Source: Octopus sinensis
Lineage: Eukaryota
Assembly: GCF_006345805.1 (NCBI RefSeq)
Contig: NC_043000.1
Location: 43,152,001 to 43,216,000, forward strand
Direction of reading: 5' to 3'
Length of the DNA: 64,000 bases
Both the position numbers and the translations under genes were made by a program. The first letter of the stretch is position 1, and each line of letters opens with the position of its first letter. This document shows, piece after piece, positions 24,480-38,409 of the stretch. The notes under the pieces were generated by a model, which had not been told where the DNA came from, searched no databases, and saw only the letters and a list, made by a program, of their open reading frames with translations.

Positions 24480-25925
24480 ACTGTGTATTGTAGTGAACCA
24501 GCCTCTGAAGATAGGATGGAAACCGACTGGTTTAGGAAAACCATCAAATAGCTCTGGTCCACCCTGTCAAACGCCTTGGACTTAATCAAATGGACCAATG
24601 CCCCACCAAAGCCAAATCTATTTCCTACCCGTTACGATGTATCGCATGTGGGGTTTGTAGAAGATAGAACTTCTGGTGATCACACTGGTTTGCGCGTCAC
24701 CGACGATACTACCTAAGTCAAAGGCCATTCTCTTGGCGAGCACCTAAGTTAGAGTCTTTAACACAGTGTTAAGCAGAGATATAGATCTGAAATGTTCAAT
24801 GATGTTCCCTTTGTTCGGATAATTCCTCAGCAGAGTCACCATATTCCGACTCACAAGATTGTGTATGCCTCCAGCTTGTTACCAGTTGCAGTATACAACA
24901 GCTTTTTGAACTTCAGCGCACGGAATCTAACTTGGAAATTGCAACCTTCGTATTTTGCGTCATAGAAATTGTTGCGAGTGCTCGCCACTAGCAAGTCGTT
25001 TCTTATCTCTCTTCTCTGTACCTCTTTTAAGCTACTAAGTCGTTTATTTTTTTTAAAGTACTTTATTACTTTCTAAGGCAATTTCTCTCTCAAAGCTAAC
25101 ACATGCTTCTCTGATTTTCCTTTTGCAAGAAATACTCGACCCGCTTTTGTTGAGAGCTTCTGTCAGTTCCGGCTTAGTTTTGTGCTGGGAAGGACGAGTT
25201 CATCTTCCAATAACTGGGTCATTGCCTATTTGTTTCTTCTAGATTGGTTTTGAAGGTCCCGAATTTGTGGTCTGAATAACTAACGAATCTGAAACGGTGG
25301 ATAACTAATACCATGTCGATCTTCTAGCCTTATCAAAACCTTATCTAAGTCTGACTTAGATGACTCCCTGAGATTCCATAAAGTTCACATTAGTGTACTC
25401 TGAAAATTGAGGCGAATCCAGTCAGATTGTTAGAAATAACTGAAAAGTTTTGCGATGCTTTTGCACTTCATTCCCAAATAAGCTACTCTGACGTAATCTT
25501 TGCTCATGTTCAAGATTCTGTTCTAGTCACACACTAACATGAATGAGCGAAATGTGTTTTAGAAAATCTGTAGACATCTAAAAGAAATCCGGCCCTCTAG
25601 CTCCTGTTGGAGCATAGACTGCTACTAGCTTGAAGGTTCCACTGCTGCCTTCCTTGCTGTTTACGTCCGAGTACATCAATCTACAAACGGAGTCAAGGAA
25701 AACCGTAAATACCTTTACGTCAAGGCATTTCCGAAGCAGTACTGCCATGCCTCTTGCCCCAGTCTGACTGGAGTAGACATAAACGTCGGAGTCTCCATAA
25801 GGAGATCTAGCGAATACGTCTCATTAATGGTTACTGCATTCAGACGTAGTGACCTAAGGTCGTTGAGCAAGCGAACTTGCTTCCACGCTACCCCCATGTC
25901 ATAAGAGTTTACATTGCCATTCCAG
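24480..25925 (-). pseudogene. Tx1/L1-clade LINE ORF2 remnant (APE plus RT, internally deleted)
   Basis: KQVRLLNDLRSLRLNAVTINET (APE start); ...GGALVHLIKSKAFDRVDQSYL (RT, equivalent to GALINLDQSKAFDRVDH); many stops. Confidence 0.8.
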
Positions 25926-25959
25926 GAGGTTGGAAAGAAACAAGCGGAGTGGATCACGA

Positions 25960-26590
25960 ATACTTTCTACTAAAGGCAGCTCAACTGGTACTTATTTTAG
26001 CGACCCAAAAGAATGCAAAGCAAATCGATCTTGGTAGAATTTGAGCTCAAAAATGTAAAGATGGACAGGTGAGCTTGCGGAATCGTTAGCACACTCAACA
26101 TTTTGTCCGACGTGCTTAAGATTCTGCAAGCTCACCGCCTTTTGATAATAATTGTCATTTCTACTCTAGGCACAAGGTTTAAAAGTTAAAGGGAAAGGTT
26201 GGTTGATGAAATCGACCCTATTACTCGACTGGTAATTATTTTAGTGTCCCCGAGAGATGAAAGGCAAAGTCGACCTTGGCAGATTTTGAACCCACAATGT
26301 AAAAAGCTTAAAAGATACTGCGTAGCATTTTGTTCGTTTTACAAACGATTCTACCAGCTCGCCTCTTTTTAAAATAACAAGCCTTTCAACTATAGTCACA
26401 AGGCTTGGAATTTTGAGGGAAGAGCTAGTGGATTATATCGACCCTAGTGCACGTGGTACTTATTTCATTTACCACGAAAGAATTAAAAAGTAAAGTCGAT
26501 TTCGGCGAAGATTGAGCGCACAACGTAAAGGCGAACGAAATGTCGCTAAGGATTTTGACAGGCTCGGGGACGATTCTGTCATTTCACTGC
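25960..26590 (-). mobile_element. Cluster of three minus-strand MetaSINE-like copies with an inserted plus-strand SINE head
   Basis: GGTACTTATTTT...GAAAGGCAAAGTCGA core in reverse orientation at about 25990, 26230 and 26455. Confidence 0.75.
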
Positions 26591-26659
26591 ATTTCGTAAT
26601 ATTAATAATAGTACATTATTTGCATTTGATGGATATTTGTCCTCATCTTGTTTGTTCTT

Positions 26660-26705
26660 AACACAATGTTTCAACTGATATACTCTCCAGCTTTCGTCAG
26701 GTGTC
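26660..26705 (-). ncRNA. Minimal type I hammerhead motif
   Basis: Minus strand: GACAC CTGACGA A AGCTG gagagtatat CAGTT GAAA CATT GTGTT. Stems I and II are 5 bp each; stem III is ACAT (ACGT in the twin copy). Confidence 0.68.
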
Positions 26706-26768
26706 TTGGGGGAAATTTCGAACCTGGGTTCTCATTCCTAAGGTATTTTTCGATGTTATTATTATTAC

Positions 26769-26813
<45 letters not shown>

Positions 26814-26856
26814 CGTTGTTGTTGTTATTATCATTATTGTTATTATTATTATTATA

Positions 26857-26901
<45 letters not shown>

Positions 26902-26931
26902 GTTATTATTATTATTAATAATAATAATAAC

Positions 26932-26977
<46 letters not shown>

Positions 26978-27000
26978 TCGAAAAATATCTTAGGAATGAG

Positions 27001-27045
27001 AACCCTGATGAAGGCTGAAGGGTATATCAACCGAAACGTTGCATT
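27001..27045 (+). ncRNA. Minimal hammerhead motif lacking stem I
   Basis: CTGATGA A GGCTG...CAACC GAAA CGTT. An about 25-bp deletion relative to the left copy removed the GACAC stem I strand. Confidence 0.5.
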
Positions 27046-29040
27046 AACAACAAACAAGATGCGGACAAATATCCGTCAAATGTAGATAATGTAAATAATG
27101 TAAATAATGTAAATAATGTACATAATTCCTCATCTCTTAAATATAGAACTGTATTATTAATAATAGCACTAACGATATCGTGCATTAACTGTTGACAAAA
27201 ATAGCATTAATGAATTTGATAGTAACATTTAGAAGCAAAATCTTTAACTGCAGATTTCAGTCACTATATTACAAAGCGATTAAATATTTAGTAAGGAAGT
27301 GGCAATTTTACGAATGTGTTCTAATGAGTTAACCATTTAACCGTAGAATACAACAAATAATGACTGGAAAAGTTTTAATATTTGAAGAACTGTCGCAAAA
27401 GCGCTTACAGGAAAAATGGAGAAGAAATACAGTATGAAGAGAAAATAAATTGATAGTGTGTTGCTTGCCAGGACGTAGAACGTAGCTTTTATTAACCAGA
27501 ATTTCTTCTAAAATCATGCGTATGTATAAAGCTATATTTATAATGGATGATATATTGGTGTAGGAACCAACCTATCCGCCATGTTAAATCATTAATATCT
27601 TTATTGTCCTCGTGGAAAGCATTTCTTACTGATAGAACAAACGATTATTGCCCATAATTTATTCTCTAATAAATGTATAACGTTAGAGCTTTAGTCTATA
27701 CTTAAAATGTGTGCTTGACTATATTTTCCTTGGAATAACTAGAAAACTTATGTATAATAAAATAAGTCTTTTATCCAAGGCTGGATTTGTGTCTCACTCA
27801 ACATCGTTTATCGAAGCTACGTCCTTGACCTTGACAATGTTTACGTATTTAGGAGGAATTTATATTTTTATATCTTAACGTACGGCTATATAAATCTCGA
27901 AATCCTGCCAACCAACTATCTGGACATGTCAGCAAATAAAATGCCTTATTTACAGATAACAATTGGCAAAACAAAAAAATAAAAATAAATGTTGAGTTTT
28001 CACTTAGCAGCTCCCTGTTATAGCAGTACATTGGCGAAAATGGTTCGATTTTTCAATTACTCAGAGTACAAAGATGAGTCAGATTGCTGAACAAACTTGT
28101 AGAATATTCTCTACTAAGCTACACCTCTGGGCATTGAAGGAATTTTGTATTTGTCTGTAGTACTAGAATGCACTAGCGTGAAAAACTGGCCATGACTGAC
28201 TATAATTCTATTCATAAGAATATTCAAAACATAACTATTCAATGTTATATAAACCAAACTTTAGCTGAGATTCTTCTGCTCTCTTTAGTAGGTTGAGTGA
28301 CCATGTTAAATTTTCCTTATTCATTCGGCTTCCATCACAAGTATTTTATTCTATAGTGAAGCAAGATGTTTATTTCTACATTGACTTAGTTTTTCTGTTA
28401 GCCTCCAGGAATAGATACTAGATCATCGGTAAATATAACTTGTGATCGGTTTTAACATCATTAGTAAGGTCACCTTAAACTGTACCTCTGCCTTTCTATA
28501 CATTAATAAGTCATATAAACACTGTTGAAATAAATACTGAAAAATCGTTCAAAATAACCAGCAGATACAGTCCATTGATTATTTATCGAAAAATATTCAG
28601 AAATTTCTATAGACACATAAGAATAGATTAGTGATACAGGAGGCGAAAACCAGACTTAGTGTCGAGTTTCAGCAACCACTTGCCAAACCCTACTTAAAAA
28701 GAAAAAAAAAAGAAATAAAGAAGCAAAATAAAATGCAATACATTTGATATCCAGCTGCTCTCATGAAATCGTTTCTATCGACCGTAACAGCTATTTGAGG
28801 CAATATGAAGACTGTTCAGTTATCAATCTCCCTACATTTAAAAGCTCTCCTGCAGAGTTGTTCATTTGAAGATGCAATGGTACTCAAAGCTTAAGTAAAA
28901 ATATTGCATTATCAAAATAAAATTAACGGGCAAAAATCTCTTTCCTTTTCTATCTACCACTCCACTCTTTACACAATTTATTTTTGCTTTTATACGTACA
29001 TATTTTGATACACACACATGTGCATACATATATACACACA

Positions 29041-29102
<62 letters not shown>

Positions 29103-29225
29103 CATACAAGCATGCATATATTCATAGATACATGCATACACACGTATTGTGCGGCAGAAGCACTTTACACGTTTATCATTCTTATCAACCCTTGTACAAT
29201 ATGGGATATTTTTCTGCTGAACCAT

Positions 29226-29256
<31 letters not shown>

Positions 29257-30249
29257 CATTACTGTATGGTATATATCGCTCTTTCCATGGGTGTAGAAGT
29301 ACGTGCATTTGTAAGAGTCTATGTGCGCATATACATGAACGAACATGAGTGTTTATTTGACTATAACATGTGTCTTCTTGATTTTCAATGTTCAGAAATT
29401 TTTACTCATTGCGTGGTGGTGATGGGCAGATCAATTTATAATTTACGAAGAAACTTGTCACCTCTACCAGTGGTGACTGGCTTAGCCCAGCAAGTTAGTT
29501 TATCTTATTCTAGAGTAAAGTCGTCCACAGCAAAATTTCGATGGTCTACGTCGAGTTTTGCGTCCTCCTCTGTTGCATAGAGCAATTAATAACGACTGTA
29601 TATTTGGTGGTAAATATTGTTGTCATCATGAACTTTTCATGATTTGTGTGTGATGTCTTCTGGAGAGCGATGGACATTATTGGTCTGCGGATAATTGTTG
29701 TAACAATATAGAATGAGATGTCCTATCCAAAAGCAAATGTTGGTCGTAAGCACTCCTTACGATTAATAAACCAATAGGGCAATACCATACTCAGGTATCA
29801 TTTGGTATGATTCCACACATAATGCAAACGCGCTTCAAACAGCTAATTTTATCGAAGAGATCACTCGGTTTGAAATAAACTTGTAACCTTTTCATCTATT
29901 ATAGCCTCAAGATGACGAAAGCTTTCTAAATGAAATTGATTAGATGGAAACTGCATTGATACCTGCCGAATTTAGTACTGCAGATATAAATAATTATTGT
30001 GTAAGGAGTATAAGGATTTGTGGAGTAGTCAGTCTCCCATAATACAATTAAATTAATAATTACTTCATTTGGTCGACAGTGGAAGCTACATCGTTGAAAA
30101 TGATGCTTTAACAGCTTACATGAAGAAAAAATGACAATATATTAAGAAAAAGTCATATCTGTAACGGTTCTGTATGCAAGTGCACTAGTGTGTGTGAGTA
30201 TGCACGTGTGTTTCTGCTGTAGTGCTCCATGTAAATCCTGGTGCTGCAT

Positions 30250-30475
30250 ACACCTACCTACCTACATACCTACCTACCTACCTACCTACCTACCTACCTA
30301 CCTACCTACCTACCAACCTACCTACCTACCTACCTACCTACCTGCCTGCCTGCCTGCCTACCTACCTACCTACCTACCTACCTACCTACCTACCTACCTA
30401 CCTACATACATACATACATACATACATACATACGTGTATATTGGCATGAAAATCTTGTATCTATTTGTCTGTCTG

Positions 30476-30533
<58 letters not shown>

Positions 30534-30592
30534 CATCTATTTATCTCTCTGTCTGTCTGTCTATCTGTCTATCTATCTATCTATCTATCTAC

Positions 30593-30672
<80 letters not shown>

Positions 30673-30680
30673 ATACATGC
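30250..30680. repeat. Compound tetranucleotide microsatellite (CTAC)n-(CATA)n-(CTAT)n
   Basis: Direct inspection. Confidence 0.95.
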
Positions 30681-31641
30681 ATATGTGTAAGCACATATAT
30701 GTGAGTGTGTATAAATGTGTGTGTATGTGTGTATGAGTGTGTGTGTGTGTGTGTGCGTATGTAATTTCATGAATCCAACAACTAAGATAATACTTCGTGA
30801 CATATTTTTACAGAAGTCAAACAAAAATGGAAAATTTTAAATCTATACTGTTATTCAGGCCTCAGAAAGAAAAATAAAACAGATTTTACCGCAGTTACTA
30901 TTTTACTAGATATGCTGTATATACGAGCAAATATGATTGAGGTAATATCGGAGGTTGCTTTTAAGTAGATTACTGGTATTTTACAAGATTGACGCTCAAA
31001 GGAAATGCATCTGTGAGGCATATAGGGAATAAGAAGCATAATATTTGCAAGAGAAAATTGTGACATAATTTTGGCTCATTGTTGAATACATACTTCGCTT
31101 TAACTTAGCCAATTTATTTACGTGCTTAAGTACGTAAATCGAGAACAGACACAGGCACTCTCTCGGACCATGACCGAAAGGAAGAATCATGACCGGGCTG
31201 TATCGACATACTGATGATACCTATTTATGACTGAGTAAACTGAAGAACGTAGAACTATGTGATTGACTCAAGGTCACAAATGCATCGATCTGAGCAGAAA
31301 ATAAAGCCACAAACTTTAGGATCATGAACCGAATATTTCTAACCACTAAGGCCACGTGCCTTCATAAGACTTGCCAGAAATGTATGAATTATACTGCTTT
31401 CAAATATTAGAGCAGTGGAGAGCAGATCGGTAGAGTGTCAGCGGTTCATGTACTGAGTTCAAATCCCTTATAAATTAACTTTCTACTCACTCCCTTACAA
31501 CTAGTTTAATTAAAGCACCTATCAATTGTCTGTTCTTCGACCGCATAACATTTGTACCGACATAAGGACAGAACCAATTGTAAAGATTTCTTGTATTTGA
31601 GTTTTCTTATTCAATGTATTTCGTTTTGACATATTGGCAGT

Positions 31642-31673
<32 letters not shown>

Positions 31674-31769
31674 TGTATGTATGTATGTATGTATTTATGT
31701 ATGTATGTATGAACGTATGTATGCATGCATGTAGGTGTATGTATATATACGCATTTATATAAGGATATA

Positions 31770-31816
<47 letters not shown>

Positions 31817-31868
31817 CACTCACACACACGCATATGTATGTATTCATATTTGTATGTATACAGACACG

Positions 31869-31907
<39 letters not shown>

Positions 31908-32773
31908 TTTTATTCTTTAGCTCCTTTTCCATTACTTGCCATTTTAAATGGTTTATTTTCTAGATTAGTTTTGGAAAAACTCCAAAAGAGGAAATTGAAA
32001 TCAACTAAGAAATATAAAGCCAAAGACAAACAAACCAACAAACAAAGAAAGAAAAGCGAACACCAAACAAAACTCGGACACACACAAAAAAAAGTTGATA
32101 CAATTTGCTTAAGAAGAGATCTAAATTCCAGATAAATTGGCAAATCACACCTGAAAGGAAATATTTGATCTCGTCCTATAAGAGTAACCTATCCTATTAC
32201 CAGACCAATATATGAGTCTGCTTTGTCAGAAATATCTCTACCCAAATTGAAGCACAAAGTTTATATCTTCCTTTGTAAATATGAACGTATAGTCCTCTGT
32301 GAATGTCAGTGTTATGTGTCTATGTGATATCGATCAGGGAAAAACACACAAACGTATATAAGTATATATATATATGTATATGAATATGTGTGTTTGTGTA
32401 TGTATGTGTGTGTGTGTGTGTGTGTGAGGGAGCGTATGTGTATACAGACGCACACCCCCGCAGACAGATATATATGTACCCATGAACATATGAGATTATG
32501 TATATACGATCTATGTATCTATGTATGTATGCGAGAATGTCTGTGAATATAAAATTTACAAAATAATCGTTGTTGAAGTTACTATGAGAAATTTCGCCAA
32601 GATGTGATTCTTCAGGTGATGTTTCGTAATCCGCATACCTATGCTACAGATAATACGAGTTTTAAGTATGCATATAGAGCGATTATTCAGCTAATATTTC
32701 ACATATACATACATACATATATACATACATGCATATATGTATATATAAATATCTATCTATCTATCTATCTATA

Positions 32774-32820
<47 letters not shown>

Positions 32821-32939
32821 ATCTATCTATCTATCTATATAGAAAATGGAAATAAACAGTCTCTGACTGCCATTTCTAATTCTTTCGGTATGCGACAGAG
32901 CAACATGTTGCCTGCCCTTTCAATTATATACTATCTATC

Positions 32940-33204
<265 letters not shown>

Positions 33205-33207
<3 letters not shown>

Positions 33208-33500
33208 AAATATTAGGAATAAATCCAAACTTACAGGGAAAATCAGATTTAGGATTGAATCCAATTTTATAGTAAATATTATATTATATTAAATTAGAGA
33301 TAAAACCACTATTAGGCAAATCATACAATGAAAAACTTAAGCCAATACATAAGATTAATTAATTTATATTATTTAAATATATATCAAAATTATTAAAAAA
33401 GATAATTAATATAACACTACGATCGTTTCATGGCTGGTCAATTCTTATAATTTTCGAGTTAGAGTCATTCTTTAGGTGGTTTAAATATTTAACTTGGCGA
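33205..33500 (-). mobile_element. PLE pseudo-LTR-like module with degenerate hammerhead at 33413-33480
   Basis: Minus strand: ACCAC CTAAAGA ATG...33 nt...CAT GAAA C GATC G TA GTGTT (core G5>A). It shares AACCACTATTAGGCAAATCA(A/T)ACAATGAAAAAC with a truncated copy at about 3023-3060. Confidence 0.55.
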
Positions 33501-34736
33501 GGTTTAATATATATATTCAGACACATATGCGCGTGCGCACACACACACTCATACATACATATATGTATGCATATTTATATTATCTAGAAAGGGTTTTAAC
33601 TTGAGCTGTTTCACCACGAATCATATCTGTATATTCCAGAACTCCAAAATTTTACTTAGATGTTAGATTTTCGTGAGGCATGCATAAGAGTTGAAAAATA
33701 CCGGGAAATAATTTTTGGTGTGTAAATACATATCGAAACAGAAGGCTGGAAATATTTTTTGGCATGATCTGTTCCTCATTACGCGAGAGAGCATATACAC
33801 ATGCATGCATACCTATGTATAAGGTAAGGGCAATTAGAATTTAGTAAAATCTTAGCGTATTGTTTATATACGATTAAATTCATATATAAAACTGCTATGT
33901 ATTTAATCATTTGACAACCATAAAGCGCAGTGTATTCGTGCAGGAAATTGAGGTATATTTTCCCGGCAGAATGAGTTGATAGATTTGCAGAGCAGTATAG
34001 AGGAGAAATATGAAGTTATCAGCACTTTCTATGAGCGACTCAGAGTCTATTTTCAGAGTAATATAGAGGAGAATTATGAAGTTATACGTTTAATATCACA
34101 GGGTTGAATTCATTGCGATTTACACCACATTACACATGTGCATGTATATAACAGAAAGTGTTTGTTTGATTGAAGCATTGCGGAATGTATAGGAGATCAG
34201 TATGTTATAGAAGGATATTCCGATGTACTTGGAACATGATATATATATAGCAATTAGCATTTACAATAATATTGACATGTTACTTTACAAATATTAGTCG
34301 AGATATTTCAAGTAAAAGCTATTTTACAAATGATTTACAGAACAAAAGACATATAATAAACCACGTGCCCAATCGTCATGTCGCATATTCATATTATCAT
34401 ATATTTGGAGAGAGGTACAGGTTTTGGAATTGTGAGTTTTGTATCATATGCTATCGGTGTCTTGGTATGTGAGGAGGAGCAGGAAGGGGCATGTGATGCA
34501 TAACTGCTATAAGGAATTGTAATTTCATATTATCCATTGTCACACATTCCCTTCAAGCAATTCGTTAATTGTATGCAGGTATTGATAATTACATTATAAT
34601 CTGTTCATTTAAGATAAATGAATAGACATGGAATACTCACTCTTACTGTCTGTCTCACGCACACGCACGCACCCTCGCGCATGTACGCGCGCACACACAC
34701 ATATGCACTCGCGCACACAGACACACAGACACACAG

Positions 34737-34777
<41 letters not shown>

Positions 34778-36049
34778 CTCTCTCTCTCTCTCTCAATCTC
34801 TCTCTGTCTGTCTCTTGTTCTTTAATGGAGTTTTTCACTTTCCAAGGAATCAATTTAAGACAGTATTACTGGTGCATTTAAGAAAAACAAGTAAGGAGTC
34901 GATATCCTCCATCATCATCACTACAAGAAATAGAAACTGATTTAGCTGCAGATGCAGACTGGACGAAAAAATCCACTGGAAACAATTAAAACTTTGTAGG
35001 AGTCCATACCTTGTAGAATTCAAGGTGTAATTCCTGCCAAAGGCGGTCCTACCCCTTACTCGAACAAATATGTTCGAAATTTTAAGCTGTTTCCATTATT
35101 TTGTCCTACCCCTGTATATATATATATATATTATATATATATATAATATATATATATATAGATATATATATATATATATATGAATATAAGTCTGTATGTT
35201 ATCCTTCATCAGAATTAGAGTTTCCTATTTTAATTTTTGTCTCCCTTTTCTCTTTCGAGGCCGATGTGTTCTTCGTAATCAATCTTTTCCATCTCGTTCT
35301 TTCCTAATTTCTACAATGTTATTTTCTTGTTTCTTGTCATGTCTTTTCAATATCATTCCTCGTCTGATACACGCTCTCACCCACTCTCTTTACATCAATT
35401 AAAGTCTGTAGAACATCAAAACTATTCCATATATATATATATAAATTCTTTTACAATTTCTTTAGATCTCACTTTCTCCGTATAAAACTTTGGTACAACG
35501 ATTCTGCTTGTCACCTTTCACTTTAGCTTAATTTGTAACTTTGATATTGTGAGCTGAAGGTCGTTGGTAATATCGTTCTTCTCTTAGCCTTTACATAATT
35601 TAATAAGTTTCCATGTCGTTTTTCAATTCATGTATGATCAATTTTATTCTGAAGTATCCTGGCTTGTTAAGTTCAGGTAAATTTGAGTATATTTCAGTTC
35701 TAAGAAAAACGAACACAACAAAGTAACGCTTAACATTATACCGTAGTCCATTTCCATTCATATTTCACATTACTTGACTGCATAGACGTTCAGAAAAATA
35801 AGAAACGTTATCATAGTTTACGACGTTGGCATTAAAATCTACCATAATCAGTAGAAAATGATTGCAGGCTAATTTTGAAGCTTTCTATAAAATACATCTT
35901 TCTTATCGTGGATAACTTAATTTGTGTGAGTTTATCCTGCGAATAAATTAATTATTTCCATGTGTACAAGTGAGCCTAGCATGCAATATTTCCTCATCAA
36001 TTAGCTGAGTTTTATTAAGTGCTGCAGTACTTTATTTACTTGCTTATAT

Positions 36050-36780
36050 TCCCAATTCTTGGGGATGTTGTTCATTATCATTTCCTGAAGGAATAACGGC
36101 TTTTTCCGTCTTCTCTCTAATCATTCCAATATCTATTAACCATGTCTCAATAATCGCACAGATGTGTAAATTCTTGTCAAAATCCGATGCAAGTCTTTAC
36201 CATCCTGATTTTAAAGTGCTTACATTCGACTTACCCAACTTAACTCCTTGTCCGGGCTTTATAAATGAATTCATTACCTTCCGTAAGATTTTTGGCAACC
36301 TTTCACACTAAAGCTAGATTGGATTAAGAATTCTACTTTCGGTTTGGCAAATGATCGAAATTTCATTATATATATATATATTTTACATTGGGTACGTCTT
36401 GTCGCGTTGTATAATTCTTGATGGCGTACTTGATTATTCTTTGCTCAAGGAATAATAGATTTTTTCGCCTTTTACTCTAATTATGCTAAAACTATTAACC
36501 ATGTCCTAATAAGTGCGCAAATGTGTAACTTCTGTTACCAAATTTGATGCAAGTATTTTCGACCTTGATTTTAAGATAATTACATTCGCCTTATACACCT
36601 GAAATCCTTGTCCTGGGTTTATGAATTAATTGAATACTGTCCGTAAGATTCGTGATAGCTTTTCACTCTGAATGGCTGCATTGGAGTAAGTGTCCTCCTT
36701 TTGGTTTGGCAACTGACTGAAATTCCTTTTTTCTTATTATTACACTAGTTACATTCTGTTGCGTTACATAATTCGTCCTC
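36050..36780 (-). pseudogene. Two tandem diverged LINE 5' fragments encoding the start of an AP endonuclease domain
   Basis: Copy 1: KPGQGVKLGKSNVSTLKSGW*RLASDFDKNLHICAIIETWL. Copy 2: NPGQGFQVYKANVIILKSRSKILAS...LHICALIRTWL. Both resemble the APE N-terminus (..NVxTL...LDICAIxETWL). Confidence 0.6.
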
Positions 36781-37111
36781 TCTAAGGCACGCTGGAAACT
36801 TGATTGTGTACCTATTTACAGGAAAATGGTGTTTCTATACACATAACGCAAGCCTATTAGATAATATGGTTACCATAGTGTTGCCGCCTCGCTGAAAGGA
36901 ACTGTTGAGATGTTGGGTCTATATTTTTTTGGCATTAACTCATGACCATTCGATATGATGCAACTGCTTTTACTACAAGGTGTTACAAAATCCTGCAAGG
37001 CCATGCACCGGTGTTTGTTTGTGTGTGTGTGTGTGTGTGTGAGTGTGTGTATGTATGCATATTCACACATAAATATGTATACACACAAAGATATATATAT
37101 ATATATATATA

Positions 37112-37146
<35 letters not shown>

Positions 37147-37674
37147 TAGATAGTTTGATAATCATAAAGAGAGAGAGAGAGAGAGGGAGAGAAAGTGAGA
37201 GAAGGAGAGAGATAAAAATTGGGGGAGGGAGAGAGATGTATAGTTACAGCAGTCACCCATTTCAACCAATCATTTTCTCTCTAATGAAAACTAAAACAGA
37301 AATAATTGGTTTGTCATGTTAAACATAGCAAAGTATTCATATTTAATCGATTTAATTTTTTCGCTTTTGCATTTTATAGTCACTAAGTTATTTTAATATC
37401 TAAATCTATATTTAAATACATAATTATCTAGTTTACAGTCTTCGGCTATATTTGTAAGCCTGAATTCACTGCTTTATTATTCGAAACTAAATAATTTTTT
37501 TTTTCAATTTCAAAGCATAAAAATTTAAACGATAGAATGAATTCAAACATTGAATATAGCTGACTGGTTTGTTACCTTCAGTGAGAAACCAAAAGATTGT
37601 GTAACTGGTTAATATATATAGTTTAGGGGATATGTGGCGTGGAAATTTCATTTACATTCTTATTATTATTGAGT

Positions 37675-38218
37675 GAGAGAGCAGTGCATGCCATCAAAAT
37701 GACACTGGGGTAAAATATACGAAGCCAAGTATACCCATCATGTCCACCCGTCTGATAAGGGTACACCAGGCACATGCATCACAACCATATGTGCGCGACA
37801 TGGTGCTCTCACTTCAAGGTAAACAGTACATGACCTTGCAGGTGGGGCCCAGTTAGAATTTTCTTCTGGTCGAATAACCAATCCCGCTCAAAAGGTCCCT
37901 GAATAAGGGTTGTTTACGGATGTTGAACGAAACACCCACGTTTCCAGAGGTGAATTATTCAAAGCCCAAAGAATCCCTCTCAACACATGGTTATGATGAT
38001 CTCCCACTAATTTTGCTCGTAATCAGAGATGCACATATCGTCAGCCACTAAGAGACATGCTCAACTTGTTATGGTCAAACAACTAACAAGCAAATCTGTG
38101 TTATTGAGCAGAATATTTGCTGTAGCCCATCTTTTATACCAAGACAAAACAATGTACATGATAACACTTCCAATCAGTTAACATCAGAAGCCATGAGAGC
38201 CACTGTCTGGTACAGCAT
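37675..38218. mobile_element. Unclassified interspersed repeat (recognised as a common octopus repeat)
   Basis: GC-richer non-coding block GAGAGCAGTGCATGCCATCAAA...CTGGTACAGCATCA bounded by (ATT)/(CTA)n. Recognition is from memory, not a search. Confidence 0.45.
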
Positions 38219-38240
38219 CAATTATTCTTCTTCTTCTTAT

Positions 38241-38305
<65 letters not shown>

Positions 38306-38329
38306 TTATTATTGTTATTGTTATTATTA

Positions 38330-38381
<52 letters not shown>

Positions 38382-38409
38382 CATTATTATTATTATTATT
38401 ATTATTATA

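Larger units (their letters stand above)
26611..27150. mobile_element. Two head-to-head copies of a hammerhead-bearing PLE pseudo-LTR joined through (ATT)n/(AAT)n
   Basis: The left copy (minus) and right copy (plus) both read AATAACATCGAAAAATA(C/T)CTTAGGAATGAGAACCC...CTGAYGAARGCTG...GAAAC...AACAAACAAGATG(A/C)GGACAAATATCC. Confidence 0.85.

Noticed and set aside
29514-29610. Open 32-codon AG/GT-bounded segment (SKVVHSKISMVYVEFCVLLCC...)
   Set aside because: Comparable short frames exist on both strands; not distinguishable from chance.
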